DNA of 64,000 nt from Lepidodermella squamata (Eukaryota > Animalia > Gastrotricha), in contig JBLDXI010000025.1 in the NCBI GenBank assembly GCA_047495785.1, positions 2,108,001 to 2,172,000 of the forward strand, read 5' to 3'. The notes below the pieces were generated by a model. It did no database searches. It was not told where the DNA came from and saw only the letters and a list, made by a program, of their open reading frames with translations. Made by a program: the position numbers and the translations under genes. Of this stretch, positions 21,949 through 34,977 are shown piece after piece. How positions within the stretch are numbered: position 1 is the first letter of the stretch; each line of letters begins with the position of its first letter.

Positions 21949-23854
21949 ATGATCATAGCGAAAATCGATGGGAAGGGTGTTGCCTGCAAAGTATCTTTAA
22001 AATATGCATAGCCCATTTATGAATTGTTCAATCGTTCCAGATATGCGGCAAGCCTGTTGTGAAACGAAAAAACTACTACCCAGGGCAATGCTCAGCGTGT
22101 CAGGTAAAGGAAGATGAAACTTCAAAATGGAGCTTTTAGCTTGTGAAAATTCATAGAAATTTTTCACTCGACAAGCATCGAGGCGTTTTGAATTCCAGTG
22201 TGTCACTGGCAGGAATCATTGCGAGATCCTCCCTGGAAAAACTCGCGGTTGTTGCACTCGTTGCCGTCTTGAGAAGTGCTTCGCATATCGCGTGAACTCA
22301 GGTAAATATCTCGAGGCGATTAACATTTTTTAAATTCTGTCTGATACATTAGGACCAAAAAAGAGCAGCGATATCAATGATAGCAAAGGATCAGAGACGA
22401 AATTCCTTGAGATCTCTGGGGATAGTTTGACTTCAACGATACCAAGCAGTCCAGATCTAGTTCATCTCGGAATAATGGAGAAAGCAATTAAAAACTCAAT
22501 TATTGGCATCACCTTCATGCATGACTTGAATGCGGTAAGCTAATTGCGTTTCGTTATTTTACAATTTGTTCTAATTTTGTCTCTTATTTAGTTTCCGCTG
22601 CGAAGAAGGAATGTTCCATATGATGACATCTCAATTTTGAAATCGGAATTTTCCACCGATCAGATCAGAATCTTTAACGATTCAGGCATGGAATTTTCGC
22701 AGTACATGAAAGGTACTTACTTAAATTTCTCTAGCGTCGCACTAACGGGAACGGGGACGGAGAGCAAGAAAGTGATTAATTTGAGTCAAGCACCATTGTT
22801 GCGTGTGTGAATTTGATAAGATATTCCCTAACCTTTTCGCTTTGAGTGATTCGCTTATGCCGTGAGGAAAGTTGTTATTAAACAACCGAAACGTCGGCTT
22901 GTTCTTTCTTGTTAACAAGTGTCGCGGTAGTCCGAAAGGTTTAGGGGTTAGGGAATGTCTTAACAAGAGAGTGAGGTGCAAATCGAATATCACTTCATCA
23001 GCACTCGGGAATGTTACACGGTCGATTGAGTGGCAAGAATCGAGCATCGATAGAAAGCTATGAATAAATGTCTAAAGATGGTACTGCGTCGAATTATCGG
23101 GGCACTTTCTCATGGAAAAAATATTGACAAAGAATGCCACCCGAATGACCCCCGATGTAATGAAGTGGTATGACCCCCGGTGTTCGGTGTTTTTCGCAGT
23201 TTAGGATGAGAATTTGCTGATAAACTTTAACTCTTGCAGAAGCCTTCGAAATTTCTGACCGCGAGTGGCCACAAACCGCCGCGAATGGCTGGGCTGAAAC
23301 CACAATCGCGTTTGATGCGCAACAAGGGGACAAGAATCCGATTTCCATCAACAAAGCCATCCTGCCTCAATTTCTGGCCGCTTTGCCCGAGTTTGAGGTA
23401 AATCTCTTAACCTCCTCTTTCTTTGTGCAGGGCTAAAAATTAAAAACTGTGCAATGAATTGGCTTGTCTCGTTTGCAGCCTTTCGTTATGTGGTCGCAGG
23501 AGCTTTCGCACGTTCTGAATGGCTGGCAACCAACACTGCCCGAATTCGCTTTATTCTTGTGTTGCCTGTTTTTCAAAGGTGAGCACCAAATTGATGATTA
23601 TTCCTCACACGTATCGCCTTTTTCTTTTATTCACAGCATCTAAGACTCGGGCATTGGTTCGAATTTCAAATGTCCTGCAGAAATCGCTGTTCACACAGTG
23701 CTCTACTTGCCGAAGAGGAAGTCAGTGGCAGGACTACGTCCAAAGAGCTATTGCTATCATGGAGCAAGTCGCAGCGCATAGGTGTATATTACATAAGAGA
23801 CCACAAGATTGCTCAAGTTCTTGGCTGCAAAACATCAAGCTGCCACTTCACTAA
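21949..23854 (+). CDS. Divergent nuclear receptor-like gene G4 (class A DBD)
   Basis: MIIAKIDGKGVACK|ICGKPVVKRKNYYPGQCSACQ|KFFTRQASRRFEFQC... All exons present. Confidence 0.8.
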
Positions 23855-24840
23855 TTCCATATACGTTGTAAAGTGGTCAGTTTTTGTGAAATCAAAGTTA
23901 ATAAACAAGCGGTTTAACTTTGTCCCAGTTATGCCTAGTTATATTCCACGCATTAAGCCAAAGGAAATAATTAGACATATGGACTCGGACTCTTAAAATG
24001 ATCTTCTTTAACTCTCTTCTACGTCAATCGCCTTGTCGAGCACCAACAATTTACACTGAAGCTGAATAGGAAGCTCTCGCCCGACCAGAATAGCCCCCGG
24101 ACATTGAGCACGCTGACAGTAATTTTTGCAAGTGTAATTCGCATTTCGCGGACAACGATGCAAATAGAAGTTGCATTTTGAGGTTGAGGTTGTTCATTTT
24201 TTTGCTGAACACCTTTTCACATCGATCTTGATACGCATGCGAGTTCAATCAATAATTTCACTTCATTTATAACCCGCAAGTACTGCAGCTCGCGCAATCA
24301 AAAGAGCACGGATCTCTAAGCAAGCCTCGAATTTCACAGCATTACATCAACATCGTAATGCTTGACTCTTGAGGGGGCATGCGTTGCAATGCAAAATATG
24401 GTCGATAGCGAGCACTTGCACGCTTGTCATTGTCGTTCATTCTTTCTGTTATAAATAAGTAAAACTTATAGGTACTTATATAAGACTTATATTCATCTCA
24501 GGGAAAACACTGCGTAATACGCACCTGTCGCTTGAACTTGAAAGTATCACGAACAGAACTGCTGTTTCGATTGTCATCATTGTGTGAATTTTCTTCTCTT
24601 TTCTTGAATGTTAAATCATCGGTAGTGCATGAGGAAAAATTATCGTTTTAAAACTTGAGAGCGAGGCCGTAAGAAATATTTTAGAGAGAGTGTTCCGCTA
24701 GCGATTAGTTCCACTCTCACAAAAGCCAATTCCAATTAATGTCGCTATCGACTATGTAAAGATCGATTTTACTTACATACCACTTTTGCAAACTGAACTG
24801 ACAACTATACAGTAGAGATATTGCAGTTGGCTGAAAAACG

Positions 24841-26540
24841 ATGGAGATCAGCTCTAGCCCTTATTTATGCAAGGTATGCTTATTCGAACTCGAAATAATG
24901 TGATTTCATTATTCATATCTTTGAATGAATTTAAGATTTGTGGTAAAGTTGTTACGAGGCGTAAGTACTATTGTCCGAAGCGATGTGCAGCATGCGAGGT
25001 AACAAGATAATATGCGCTGATTGATTAAAAGTCTGAAACCTAGAAATTCTTCACTCGGCAATCTCCGAGACGTTTTGAATTCGAGTGTATCACTGGTAAG
25101 AATGACTGCAAAATTCTGCCGGGAAAAACTAGAACCTCTTGCACCCGCTGCCGTCTCGAAAAGTGTTTCGCTTTTCGCGAAAACCCAGGTAATTTCTTTT
25201 AGCTATGTAAAAAATGTACACATAGTTATAATAACCCTGCTGACTGAGCTTCGATGACCTTGACCGCAAATAATGATGTTTCAGAATCGTTGGGCAAAAG
25301 ATTAAGCAGCGATAATAGCAATGCTAGTGACGAATCCAATAACGAAATCACAGCCGATTCAACGATATCAAGCATTCCTGATCTCAAGTGCTTAGCACTG
25401 ACCGAAATTGTCACAAAAAACTCAATTATTGGACTTACATTTCTGCATGACTTACATTCGGTAATTCAGGAGCATTCGTTTTATATAAATTTACTTTAAA
25501 CACATGGCTAAATTTAGTTACCACTGCGAGAACGGAGTGAACCTTACGAGGACGTCGCCAAGTTGGCATCAGACTTCGCAACCGGTCAGACGTTCATGTT
25601 CATCAGGGCAAGCACAAGATTCGCTCATTACATTAAAGGTAGGTATCTTTAAATTGATCATGCGGATAGCTTTTATATGTATTGCTCATTCATTGCAATC
25701 AATCATTGCAATCATTGAGCAAATGAGCAATGAGCATCGTTTCTCGATAGTTCAAGACATTTAGAAAGAGAGTAATAAAATAGTTGAACCTTGCAGAGGC
25801 TTTTGGTGTTTCTGATCGCGACTTAGTTCAGGCCTTAGCGATTGGGTGGCCTGTAACTGCACTGGCTTTTGCTGCTCAACAGGGCGACGAAAACCCAATA
25901 TCTATCAACAAAGCTATACTGCCACAGTTTTTGACCGTTTTTCCTGAATTCGAGGTAAACCTCTTCATTTCTAAACTTTTATAGATGTGCACGCAAACGT
26001 TAGCACAAGGCTTGTTTGAGCTTGTTTGCACTAGTTGTACCGTTTACAATAGGTCACAAATAGGTCAGTCAATTTCCAGCAAAATATCTAATATTTGATC
26101 AGCACTATAGGACTCGGTATTAGTGCGGTATTAACGATTGTGAATATGTTTTTTCTCAGCCTGTCGCTATGTGGGGGAAAGAACTATCGCACGTGTTTAG
26201 CGGCTGGCAACCGACACTGCCGGAATTCGCCTTATTCCTTTGCTACTTGTTTGCTAGGGGTAAGCGACTTGTTCATGGGCAATCTTTACGTACCACGGTA
26301 TAACTTTGCTGTTGCAAAGGATCTTCGACTCCGGCCATGGTTAGATTATCAGAAATCTTGCAGAAATCACTAATCATGCACCACGCTGTATTACGAAGAG
26401 GATGCAAATCGCAGGACGAGAACCACGTCGAGAGAGCAATAACTATCATGGAGCAAGCAGCGACGTACAGGCCGACATTTTTCAAAAAGGCAGAGGCGCG
26501 CTCAAGCCAGTGGTTGCGCAACATAAGTGCATCATGTTGA
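24841..26540 (+). CDS. Divergent nuclear receptor-like gene G5 (class C DBD, CAACE P-box)
   Basis: MEISSSPYLCK|ICGKVVTRRKYYCPKRCAACE|KFFTRQSPRRFEFECITGKNDCKILPGKTRTSCTRCRLEKC. The exon 4 acceptor tttcag at 25284 keeps the frame. Confidence 0.82.
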
Positions 26541-26934
26541 TCTCAGACACTGATGTTTTTATCGTGACTTCGAAGTTCGAAAACTTGCAGAGTTGTTTGG
26601 ATTCATCCTGATGTTAAAACATGATCCAAAGTCATCAAACCTAAGACATTCATTCATGTCTGATGGCCGAATGTCTATTGGGATCGTTCAAAATAAGAAT
26701 TTCATTTTATTCTGAATCTATTTTCTTTGCTAACATGTAAATATTGAATCACGAAAGAGTAAAATGGCCACAAGGACAGGTTGATTATAGACTCGTCGGG
26801 GTCCAAAAACAACCGCTTGATGCATGTAAAAAATTAAAAGCGTGAAACGGTGCAGTTATATCAAATCCAGTTCCAAACTAAGATATTCTTCTATTTTTCC
26901 CACGTTCAACCTATCCAGTCCGGTTAAGCCATGC

Positions 26935-27320
26935 CACACTGCTTCATTGCGCTGTTTGTAATTTAATATTTTCGCTTTTAGCTGGGCTTTTAGCTTTTAG
27001 CGTGCATGTACGATCAATATTAATGCTCCAATTAAATTCTGTGAGTATCTATATTCACTGCGCAATCGAAAGAGCACGGGCTCGATAGCTAACACCCTTC
27101 CTTTATACATTCTATATTATCGTACCGCTTGACTCGATGGGGTGACTCGGGTGCCTTATGCGAAAATTGGAACAAGCTTTTTCATCAGCATTTCTATCGA
27201 AGCAAGGCGCGTGCCACTATCAATTATTGTTGCTTTTCCTCAATGAAAACGAGCAGAAGAGTGCTCATGTTCACTAGACTCTAGGCCATAATTTGATTAG
27301 AACTGCCCTATGCTTATGAA
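26935..27320 (+). promoter_or_regulatory. Conserved upstream module, complete copy (before G6)
   Basis: cacactgcttcattgcg, tgtaatttaata, acgatcaata, ccgcttgac, atgcgaaaatt, aagcaaggcgcgtgccactatcaatta, caatgaa, gtgctcatgttcactagactctagg. Confidence 0.6.
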
Positions 27321-27903
27321 TGTGTTTCTGTGTCAAAAAGGCAGATAAGTTAGATATTAGATAGGTCTGGCAAGCAAGCACGGCGTGTATCAGTGTTTAG
27401 ATTGATCAGGATCTTTAGCTGTCTTCCTCGTGCGACCTGTTTGATTGCCAAACAGGTGCTTAGGTTCGATCTGTTATTGAGTAAATCCTGTATAACGCAA
27501 TTAAACCTCCTCCCTCCCTGGCCCATACCCTGAGAAAAATTATTCAGTGGATTACAGCTTTGTATTCGGGTCTGTAAAGCAGGAATAAATTGATACAACT
27601 TGAAAATATCCCACGACTTAACGCTGCGAAGATCTATGCAATTTATAAAATTATACTTTTAGATTATAATTGTATGCAATTTCAAATTTATTGACACAAC
27701 GAATTCTAGGATTGACACAACGAGGTTAGATCGGGTAGATTTAGGAATTATGAATTATTATTTTTATTACCGCGGATTATGGAAAGTGGATGTTTCAAGC
27801 TACTAAGTGATATAAAAAAATAAGGGCCTTTCTGGATTCGCCAAAGAAATGAGAAACATAGGGATACTTAAATACTAGAGATTTCGCTGAATTATTAGTA
27901 ACC

Positions 27904-29755
27904 ATGGAAGTCATCGTGAGGCATGTTGCTTGCAAGGTATTATATCACCAGCAGCGTAAATTATGTACCCACCTCCATATCTTATCGCCAGGTATGCGGA
28001 AAGTCTGTCATGAAGCGAAACAACTATTATCCAGGGCAATGCTCGGCTTGTCAGGTAAAGGAAAACGAACTTTTTCAGAATGGAGTTTTTAATCTGCCAT
28101 TTTTACAGAAATTCTTCACTCGACAAGCTTCCAGGCGCTTTGAATTTCAGTGTCTTACTGGTAGGAGTAATTGCGAAATCCTTCCAGGAAAAACCCGCGG
28201 TTGTTGCACTCGCTGTCGTCTTGAAAAGTGCTTCGCTTTGCGCTTAAGCTCATGTAGATTATTCCTAGGCGATTAACATCTCTTAAATTCGGTATTTTCC
28301 CTTAGCACTGAAAAAGAGTAATGCTAGTAACGAATCAGAGACAAAAGGTCTTGAGATCACTGCCGATAGTTTGCCATCAGCGATCCCAGACAGTCCAGAT
28401 CTTGTCCATCTCAGAATAGCGGAGAGAGCCACTAAAACCTCAGTTATTGGGCTCACGTTCCTGCATGGCTTACATGCAGTAAGTTTACTTCGTTTCCTTA
28501 TTTTTAATTCATTCTCATTTCGTCTCTAATTTTAGCTTCCGTTAGGAGGAAGGAATGTTCCTTATGATGACGTCACAATGTTGGCATCGGAATTTTCTAA
28601 CGATCAGATCAGAAGCTTGAACGATATGGGAACAATATTTGCCCAGTACATGAAAGGTAGTTGCTACATCCCGCTAACTTTACATCTAAAGTAGAATTCA
28701 CATACTAACGCGACAAGAATTCGGGGTTCTTGTCTCTTATCTTCGTCTCTTTTCCGATTCAAAAATGAGAGACCAGGAGACATGAGACATGAGCGGAGCC
28801 AAAGAAACGCTAAAGGCAATAGAAAAGTGCAATGTCTCTTCATTTCAATGTCTTTCATGCTCTCGGGTCATACGCATGATTGCTTGGGTAGAGGCGGCCT
28901 CGATTGAACGCATCGAATATAAATGCCGCATCGAATTATGGCGGCCCTTTTGTATCCTTGGAAAAATTATGACGACGCAGCTGAAGTAGTTCCTCATCCT
29001 AAATAACTTTCAGCCTTTTTCCCGAAAATTCAAGATTACAAAACATTTACTCTTGCAGAGGCCTTCGGAATTCCTGACTGCGAGTGGCCACCAAACGCTG
29101 CGACTGGTTGGTCTGAAACCACAATTGCTTTCACAACGCAACAAGGTGACAGCGGTCCGATTCCCGTCAACAAAGCAATTCTTCCTCAATTTCTAGCCGT
29201 TTTCCCCGAGTTTGAGGTAAATCTCTTCATCAACCCTTTCGATACATAATAACTGGTTTAAGAATGCCTTTCAAGATCATAGAAATTGAAATCGGATGAT
29301 ACTGGAAATGATTGCTAGAGTCATATAAATGAACAATTATGCAATGAATTCGACAGCTAAATTATTTATTTGTCTCATTTGCAGCCTATCACTATGTGGG
29401 CGCAAGAGCTATCGCACGTGCTAAATGGCTGGCAACCGACAATGCCCGAATTCGCTCTATTCCTGTGCTACTTGTTTTTTAGTCGTACGCTTCTAATTGA
29501 TGATAACTACTCACATGTGATTGATTTTCTCACACAGGATGTAAGACTAGGGTTTTGGTTCGATTATCAAATGTCTTGCAGAAATCGTTGTTACTGCAGT
29601 GCGCTGCTTTGAGGAGAGGATGTCAGTGGGAGGGACAAGTCGACAGAGCCATTGCTATTATGGAGCAAGTCGCAGCGTACAGGCAATCATTTTTTAAGGA
29701 AGCAGAGGATCGATCAAATTCCTGGGTGAGCAACGTCAAGCCATCACTTAGATAA
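27904..29755 (+). CDS. Divergent nuclear receptor-like gene G6 (class A DBD)
   Basis: MEVIVRHVACK|VCGKSVMKRNNYYPGQCSACQ|KFFTRQASRRFEFQCLTGRSNCEILPGKTRGCCTRCRLEKC. Eight exons in frame. Confidence 0.88.
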
Positions 29756-29989
29756 TTCCAAACGCGCTGTAAAGTACTCATGTTTTTGTGAGATCATATT
29801 AAATAAAAGTTACATAATGTTGTTTTACTATTCGCGGCCATTCGCAGTCACGTTGATCCAGTTCACAGCTGAAAACTGAACTGGCGGCTCGATGTAGAAT
29901 TTCGTGACGCCACGCAAGTTTCGAGTTTCGTCGCGTTGTAGCCCCTCACAAGGAACCCCTCAATTATTCAGGTCCGGTTTAGCCCCTAC

Positions 29990-30360
29990 CCCTACTGCTT
30001 TTAACGCTCTTTGTAATTTAATACTGTCGCCTGAAAGGCTCCGAGCTGCGAGCGTGCATGAACGATCAATATTTCTTATGCTCCATTTGTTTTCTCCGAG
30101 TATCAATGTTGGCCGCGATATCAAAAAGCAAAGATTTGAACGGCAATCCTCTAAAAATTCTATAATATATTACCGCTTGACGGGTGCCCCGTGCGAAAAT
30201 TGGAAGATTGTTTATCAATCGCGTTGAAGCAAGGCACGTGCCACTACAAATTATATTTTCATTTTCTCAATGAAAACTTAACGAACAGTGCTCGTGTTCA
30301 CTATATTGTAGGCCCTGATCAAAAAGTACAACTAGAAGTTTGAAACACTGCCGCATGCTT
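29990..30360 (+). promoter_or_regulatory. Conserved upstream module (before G7)
   Basis: Same ordered motifs, including aagcaaggcacgtgccact. Confidence 0.6.
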
Positions 30361-30893
30361 ATTAATTTATCTAAGCGTCAACGAAGGATACGTAAGATCG
30401 ATGTGTCGCGCAATTACTCGATTGACATGATTGAATGGATTGATATGATAGATCATGATTTCTAACTTGTGCTCTTGCTCGCGCGGCTGCCTGATTGCAA
30501 GTGTTTTAATCCGATCTGTTTTGAGCCAATATGTAATCAAAGCAATCAAACCTCCCGCCTCGCCGAAACATATCTATGAATTTTCTATCGTTTGTTTATT
30601 TCTGGATAATAGGTAAAAATTAGACTATACCTTAATGCTTATGTTATTCAAAAATTATATCACTTTTTTGAGACACTCACTGTAAAATCTGTCAAAGTGA
30701 CGGAAGGCTTGATATAACCAGATCATATCAGCTAATATTTTATGTTGCCAACTCGGTCGATAACATAATTTTCATAATTTTACCGCTTTTGGCGCAACTT
30801 GGCGATGAAAGTCTTGTTTCGTTCAAGGAGGAGGGGCCCTTGTTTCGACAAGGACTCCTTCTATCGCCTTGTTTCGCAAGAAAGCCGAACAAT

Positions 30894-31416
30894 CAGGGGT
30901 TTATCTAGCTTTTTGTTTGAGGGGATGGGTTACAAAATTGAGGGGTTTTGGAGGTTAAAAATATGGCGTTCGCTCGCTACGCTCGCTCGCGGATAATCGC
31001 TGTTTGCGCCAATGTTTCTATCATATTACATTATTTTATGAGAGAAATCGCGCGCTTTTTCACTTTTCTTCGTGTTTTGCGGTTCTTTATTCGAGTGTGC
31101 GGTGTGCGCGCCCAAATTTGTCGCTGAAAATGCGGCACGCAATACCGGTTACGCAACCAGCATTAGTGTGCGCGCTCATTATCGTAGTCACACGCTAAAT
31201 TCGAATATGCAAATTAACATAACAGTGCTGTTTAAACTGTTCCGACAAGGTCGACTAAAGAAAATACCTATACTCATAGACTGCGGTAAGTTCTATTAAG
31301 GCTGCCGCCCCTACGGGATCAGTCATGAATCGCACAATACTATTACTGGCTCTAAAATTCAGGGGATGACAGCTCGATTTGAGGGGATGGGTAGGGGATG
31401 GCTGGATAAATCGCTG
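30894..31416. mobile_element. hAT-type MITE with 8-bp target site duplication
   Basis: TSD cgaacaat at 30886-30893 and 31417-31424. TIRs caggggtttatctagc / gctggataaatcgctg. Confidence 0.85.
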
Positions 31417-31658
31417 CGAACAATTATCAAAAACTTACCTCGAATAGCCCGATGGACAAGGGTTGAAATTTTCTGAAACGCTTCGCCTGAAAGGTTTTAA
31501 ATGGTCTTATAATTCGGTAAATTCAATTAGAAGACTTTACTTTTTACTTGATCTTTTCGGACAACTGCGACACTACTCATATTCTCACTTTTCGAAACGT
31601 GTTACCATCAGCGTGCGCTGGACATAGACTAGAGATTTTTTCACCATTGCTGATCACT

Positions 31659-33273
31659 ATGGAAGCCACCGTGAAGGGTGCTGCTTGTAAGGTATTTTAT
31701 CCTCAAAACATGAATAACCCATTCCGTCATTTTTCTCTCCAGATATGCGGAAAGTCTGTTGTAAAACGAAAAAACTACTTTCCAGGGCAATGCTCGGCGT
31801 GTCAGGTAAAAAACTAACTTCGAGATGGTGCTTTTAACTTTTCATGTCTAGAAATTCTTCACACGACAAGCTTCGAGGCGCTTTGAATTTCAGTGTGTTA
31901 CTGGTAAAAATAATTGTGAGATCCTCCCTGGAAAAACTCGCGGTTGTTGCACTCGCTGCCGTCTTGAAAAGTGCTTCATTTTGCGCTCAAGCTCAGGTAG
32001 AATATCCCGAGTTGATTAGCATTTGGTAAATTCTGCTTTTAGCATTTAAAAAGAGCAGCGAAAAGAACCATAGTTACGAATCAGAGAAAACAGGTCTCCA
32101 GACCTCTGCTGATGATTGGTGTTCAACGATACCTAGCAATCTAGATCTATACGACCTCGGAATAGCGGAGACAGCCACGAAAAACTCAATTATTGGGCTA
32201 ACGTTTCTGCATGGCTTACATTCAGCAAGTTATCTGCGTTTTCCTTTTTCTAATTTATTCTTGTGTCATCCCTAATTTAGCTTCCGCTGAGAGGAAGGAA
32301 TGTTCCTTATGATGACGTCACAATTCTGAAATCGGAATTTGCCAACGACCAGATAAGAATCTTTAACGATTCAGGCCTAATATTTGCACAGTATATGAAA
32401 GGTACACAAAAGGGTCAAAGGATATATCAGAGGGGTTTTCCAAAAATCTAGACGATGATCCGCAGCGATTGAAAAATGTTAACTCTTGCAGAAGCCTTCG
32501 GAATTCCTGACCACGAGTGGCCGCAAGCCGCTGCATCTGGTTGGGCAGAAACCACAATCGCCTTCTCAACGCATCAAGCCGATAGCAATCCGCTGGCGGT
32601 CAACCAAGCTATTCTTCCTCAATTATTCGCCGCTTACCCTGAATTAGAGGTAAATATCTTCCCCATCCATTCGGTTATAATTAGGGATTCCCTTCCAAAA
32701 TTATAAAGATTCCAGACGAAATAGGATATGGGTTATCAAATAGGTTGAATAAGTTAGCTCTTTCGACCATTCGCACTCGAGTATGCAGGCGTTTTTTTTT
32801 ATTTCAACCCCCCGGTCTTGATCAGCTGCTTCGTAGATTATGGAACCCCTTCTAAGTACGAATATACCAACCCATTATTTATTTGTCTCATTTGCAGCCT
32901 GTCGCAATGTGGGCGCAGGAGCTATTGCACGTGCTCAATGGCTGGCAACCGACGATGCCCGAATTCGCTCTATTTCTTTGCTACCTTTGCTTTAGCAGTA
33001 CGCAAATTGCTGATCACTACTGACCACTGACGAGTGATTGATTTTTCTTACACAGGATCGAAGACTCGGGTTTTGGTTCGATTATCAAATGTCTTGCAGA
33101 AATCGCTTTTTATGCAGTGCGCTGCCTTGCGGAAAGGAATTCAGTGGCAGGACCACGTCGAGAGAGCCATTGCCATCATGGAGCAAGTCGCAGCGTACAG
33201 GCTGGCATTTTTTCAGCAAGATGAGAATCCACCAAGTTCATGGGTGCGCAATGTCAAGTTATCATTAAGATGA
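31659..33273 (+). CDS. Divergent nuclear receptor-like gene G7 (class A DBD; GC-AG intron 4)
   Basis: MEATVKGAACK|ICGKSVVKRKNYFPGQCSACQ|KFFTRQASRRFEFQC... Donor gcaagt at 32225. Confidence 0.85.
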
Positions 33274-33446
33274 ATGACGTTGTAAAGTACGCAGATTTTG
33301 TGAAAATAGTAAAATTGTAGATTTTGTGACATAGTAAATGAGAAGGTGTACATTCTAGATCCATTCATCGACAGTTTTATTCATCCGCAGAAAGAAGAGC
33401 AAGGTTTAGATCACACATTCTTTCAAGTTATATCAATCGATATTCC

Positions 33447-34585
33447 TTGACGAGGAGAGAGATGAACAGCAGGGCAATAAAAGGTCCAGCAGGTGATCCA
33501 CTGATCCCGCAAGGGCACGCGAATAATTTGATTTGTTTGCCTGTACCCAGGTCCCTTTTCACCCCGCTGGCTCCGGCTTCTGCACAACCGATGCCCGCCC
33601 AACGCCCGGCCTCGGCCACGGCTAACCCTGTCAGTAAGCGTGTCGTTATTATCGATAACATCACCAACATGCGCCGATGCGAGCTTGAGCCCGAGCTTGT
33701 GAGAGTGGCACCCTGGCTCGAATATCACTCTGCCGTCGACATGCGGAGCAGCGGTCTCCGGATCATATGCTCTACGCCTGCTGGCGCGGATAGATTGCTG
33801 AAGAAGGAACTCCCTCCTGGCACCTTCAAGGGCAACGCCTATCGGGTTCACCGTCCTAGTGAACCGGATCCTAGTCGCCCGCTCCCTCCTGCGGCTGACA
33901 AGGACAATCGCAGCGTTTTGACTTCTCGGCACTCGGGTCTCGGGTTGCTATTCGGCTGCCTATCTGCCCCATGATTATGTGGAGGAGGTTCGCGACCTGC
34001 CGGCGAAGGGCCCCACCGCCCACCCACTCACGTCATCGTATTCAAGACGAAGGAGGCGTGTGAGGACGCCCGACTGGGATGCAGTGGCTGAACCGGTGCG
34101 TAAAGGTACGCCCCATGCAGCCACCCATGCTCCATGCTGCCCGCTAAATGTCGCAAATGTAGTCGCTGTGGCCACGTCGCTATCGACTGCCCCCTGGCTC
34201 ATCCGTCACGTGTGGCCGCTGCGGCAAAGCGCACCTCACAGAGGGCTGCTTCGCTACCCCCGAACAAGCGTTTTGTTGCAACTGCCCTGAAGGCGGCTCC
34301 CCGAGACATTTCAGTACCTGGCGCGGCTGCCCTGCTTTCAAAGCTGCGCAGTCGGCCGAAGTCGCGTCCCGACACGCCCGTGCTGCTGCCAAGAGTGAGA
34401 AGATCACCGCGGCCCCGGACGATTCGCTGTACCGTGGCTCCTGTGGGGGCTCTGCTTTCTTAGTCCGTGAAGGCGTCACCATCGTTCGTGAACGTAAGGT
34501 GCCGCTGTCTGGCAGGAAGCGCAGTGAGTGGCTGCGTACTGCGTATTGATGGCATCCCCGACCCTCGTTCTACTGTGATTCGATT
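33447..34585 (+). mobile_element. Degenerate gag-like ORF1 of a retroelement (frameshifted, CCHC zinc knuckle)
   Basis: GC-rich, intronless island. CRKCSRCGHVAIDC fits CX2CX4HX4C. RRM-like stretches are split across frames. Confidence 0.6.
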
Positions 34586-34587
34586 GG

Positions 34588-34830
34588 TCACCGGATATTG
34601 CCCGCCGTCCTCTGACTTGGCTTTTTAGCTGGTGAATTAATAACAAAAAACTCTTTACGCAAAGAGGGCGGCACAAATTTTGAATCATGCCAAGTTTCTA
34701 GAAGGGCAACAATGAGGAATTTTTTCAATAACAGTATGAATTCAGGAAAAGATTCTGGTCTAAATTTAAATATGTTCCAAGCTGTAAAATTCATAACTTG
34801 GAGGAGAAATGACCACATTAGCATTGCCAT
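34588..34830 (-). mobile_element. N-terminus of LINE ORF2 apurinic-like endonuclease, truncated
   Basis: FTAWNI...IVALLETWH...SPAKKPS matches the WN and ETW motifs of APE endonucleases. Lies directly downstream of the ORF1. Confidence 0.75.
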
Positions 34831-34977
34831 TCAGTAATGATTTACCAGTTTTCGAAACCGGGCCGGTGGAGTAGTGCTAGTATCCGCCAGATTGATGTCG
34901 GTGGCGGCCGCGAGTCAAGTTGACGAACAATTGGCGGTGTTGTGGGTCGAAGTCTTGATCGTTCTGGAACTCACGGT

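Noticed and set aside
26935-27320. Module as a known snRNA, snoRNA or spliced-leader RNA
   Set aside because: No recognisable U1-U6 similarity, and no consistent C/D boxes or Sm site across copies by eye.
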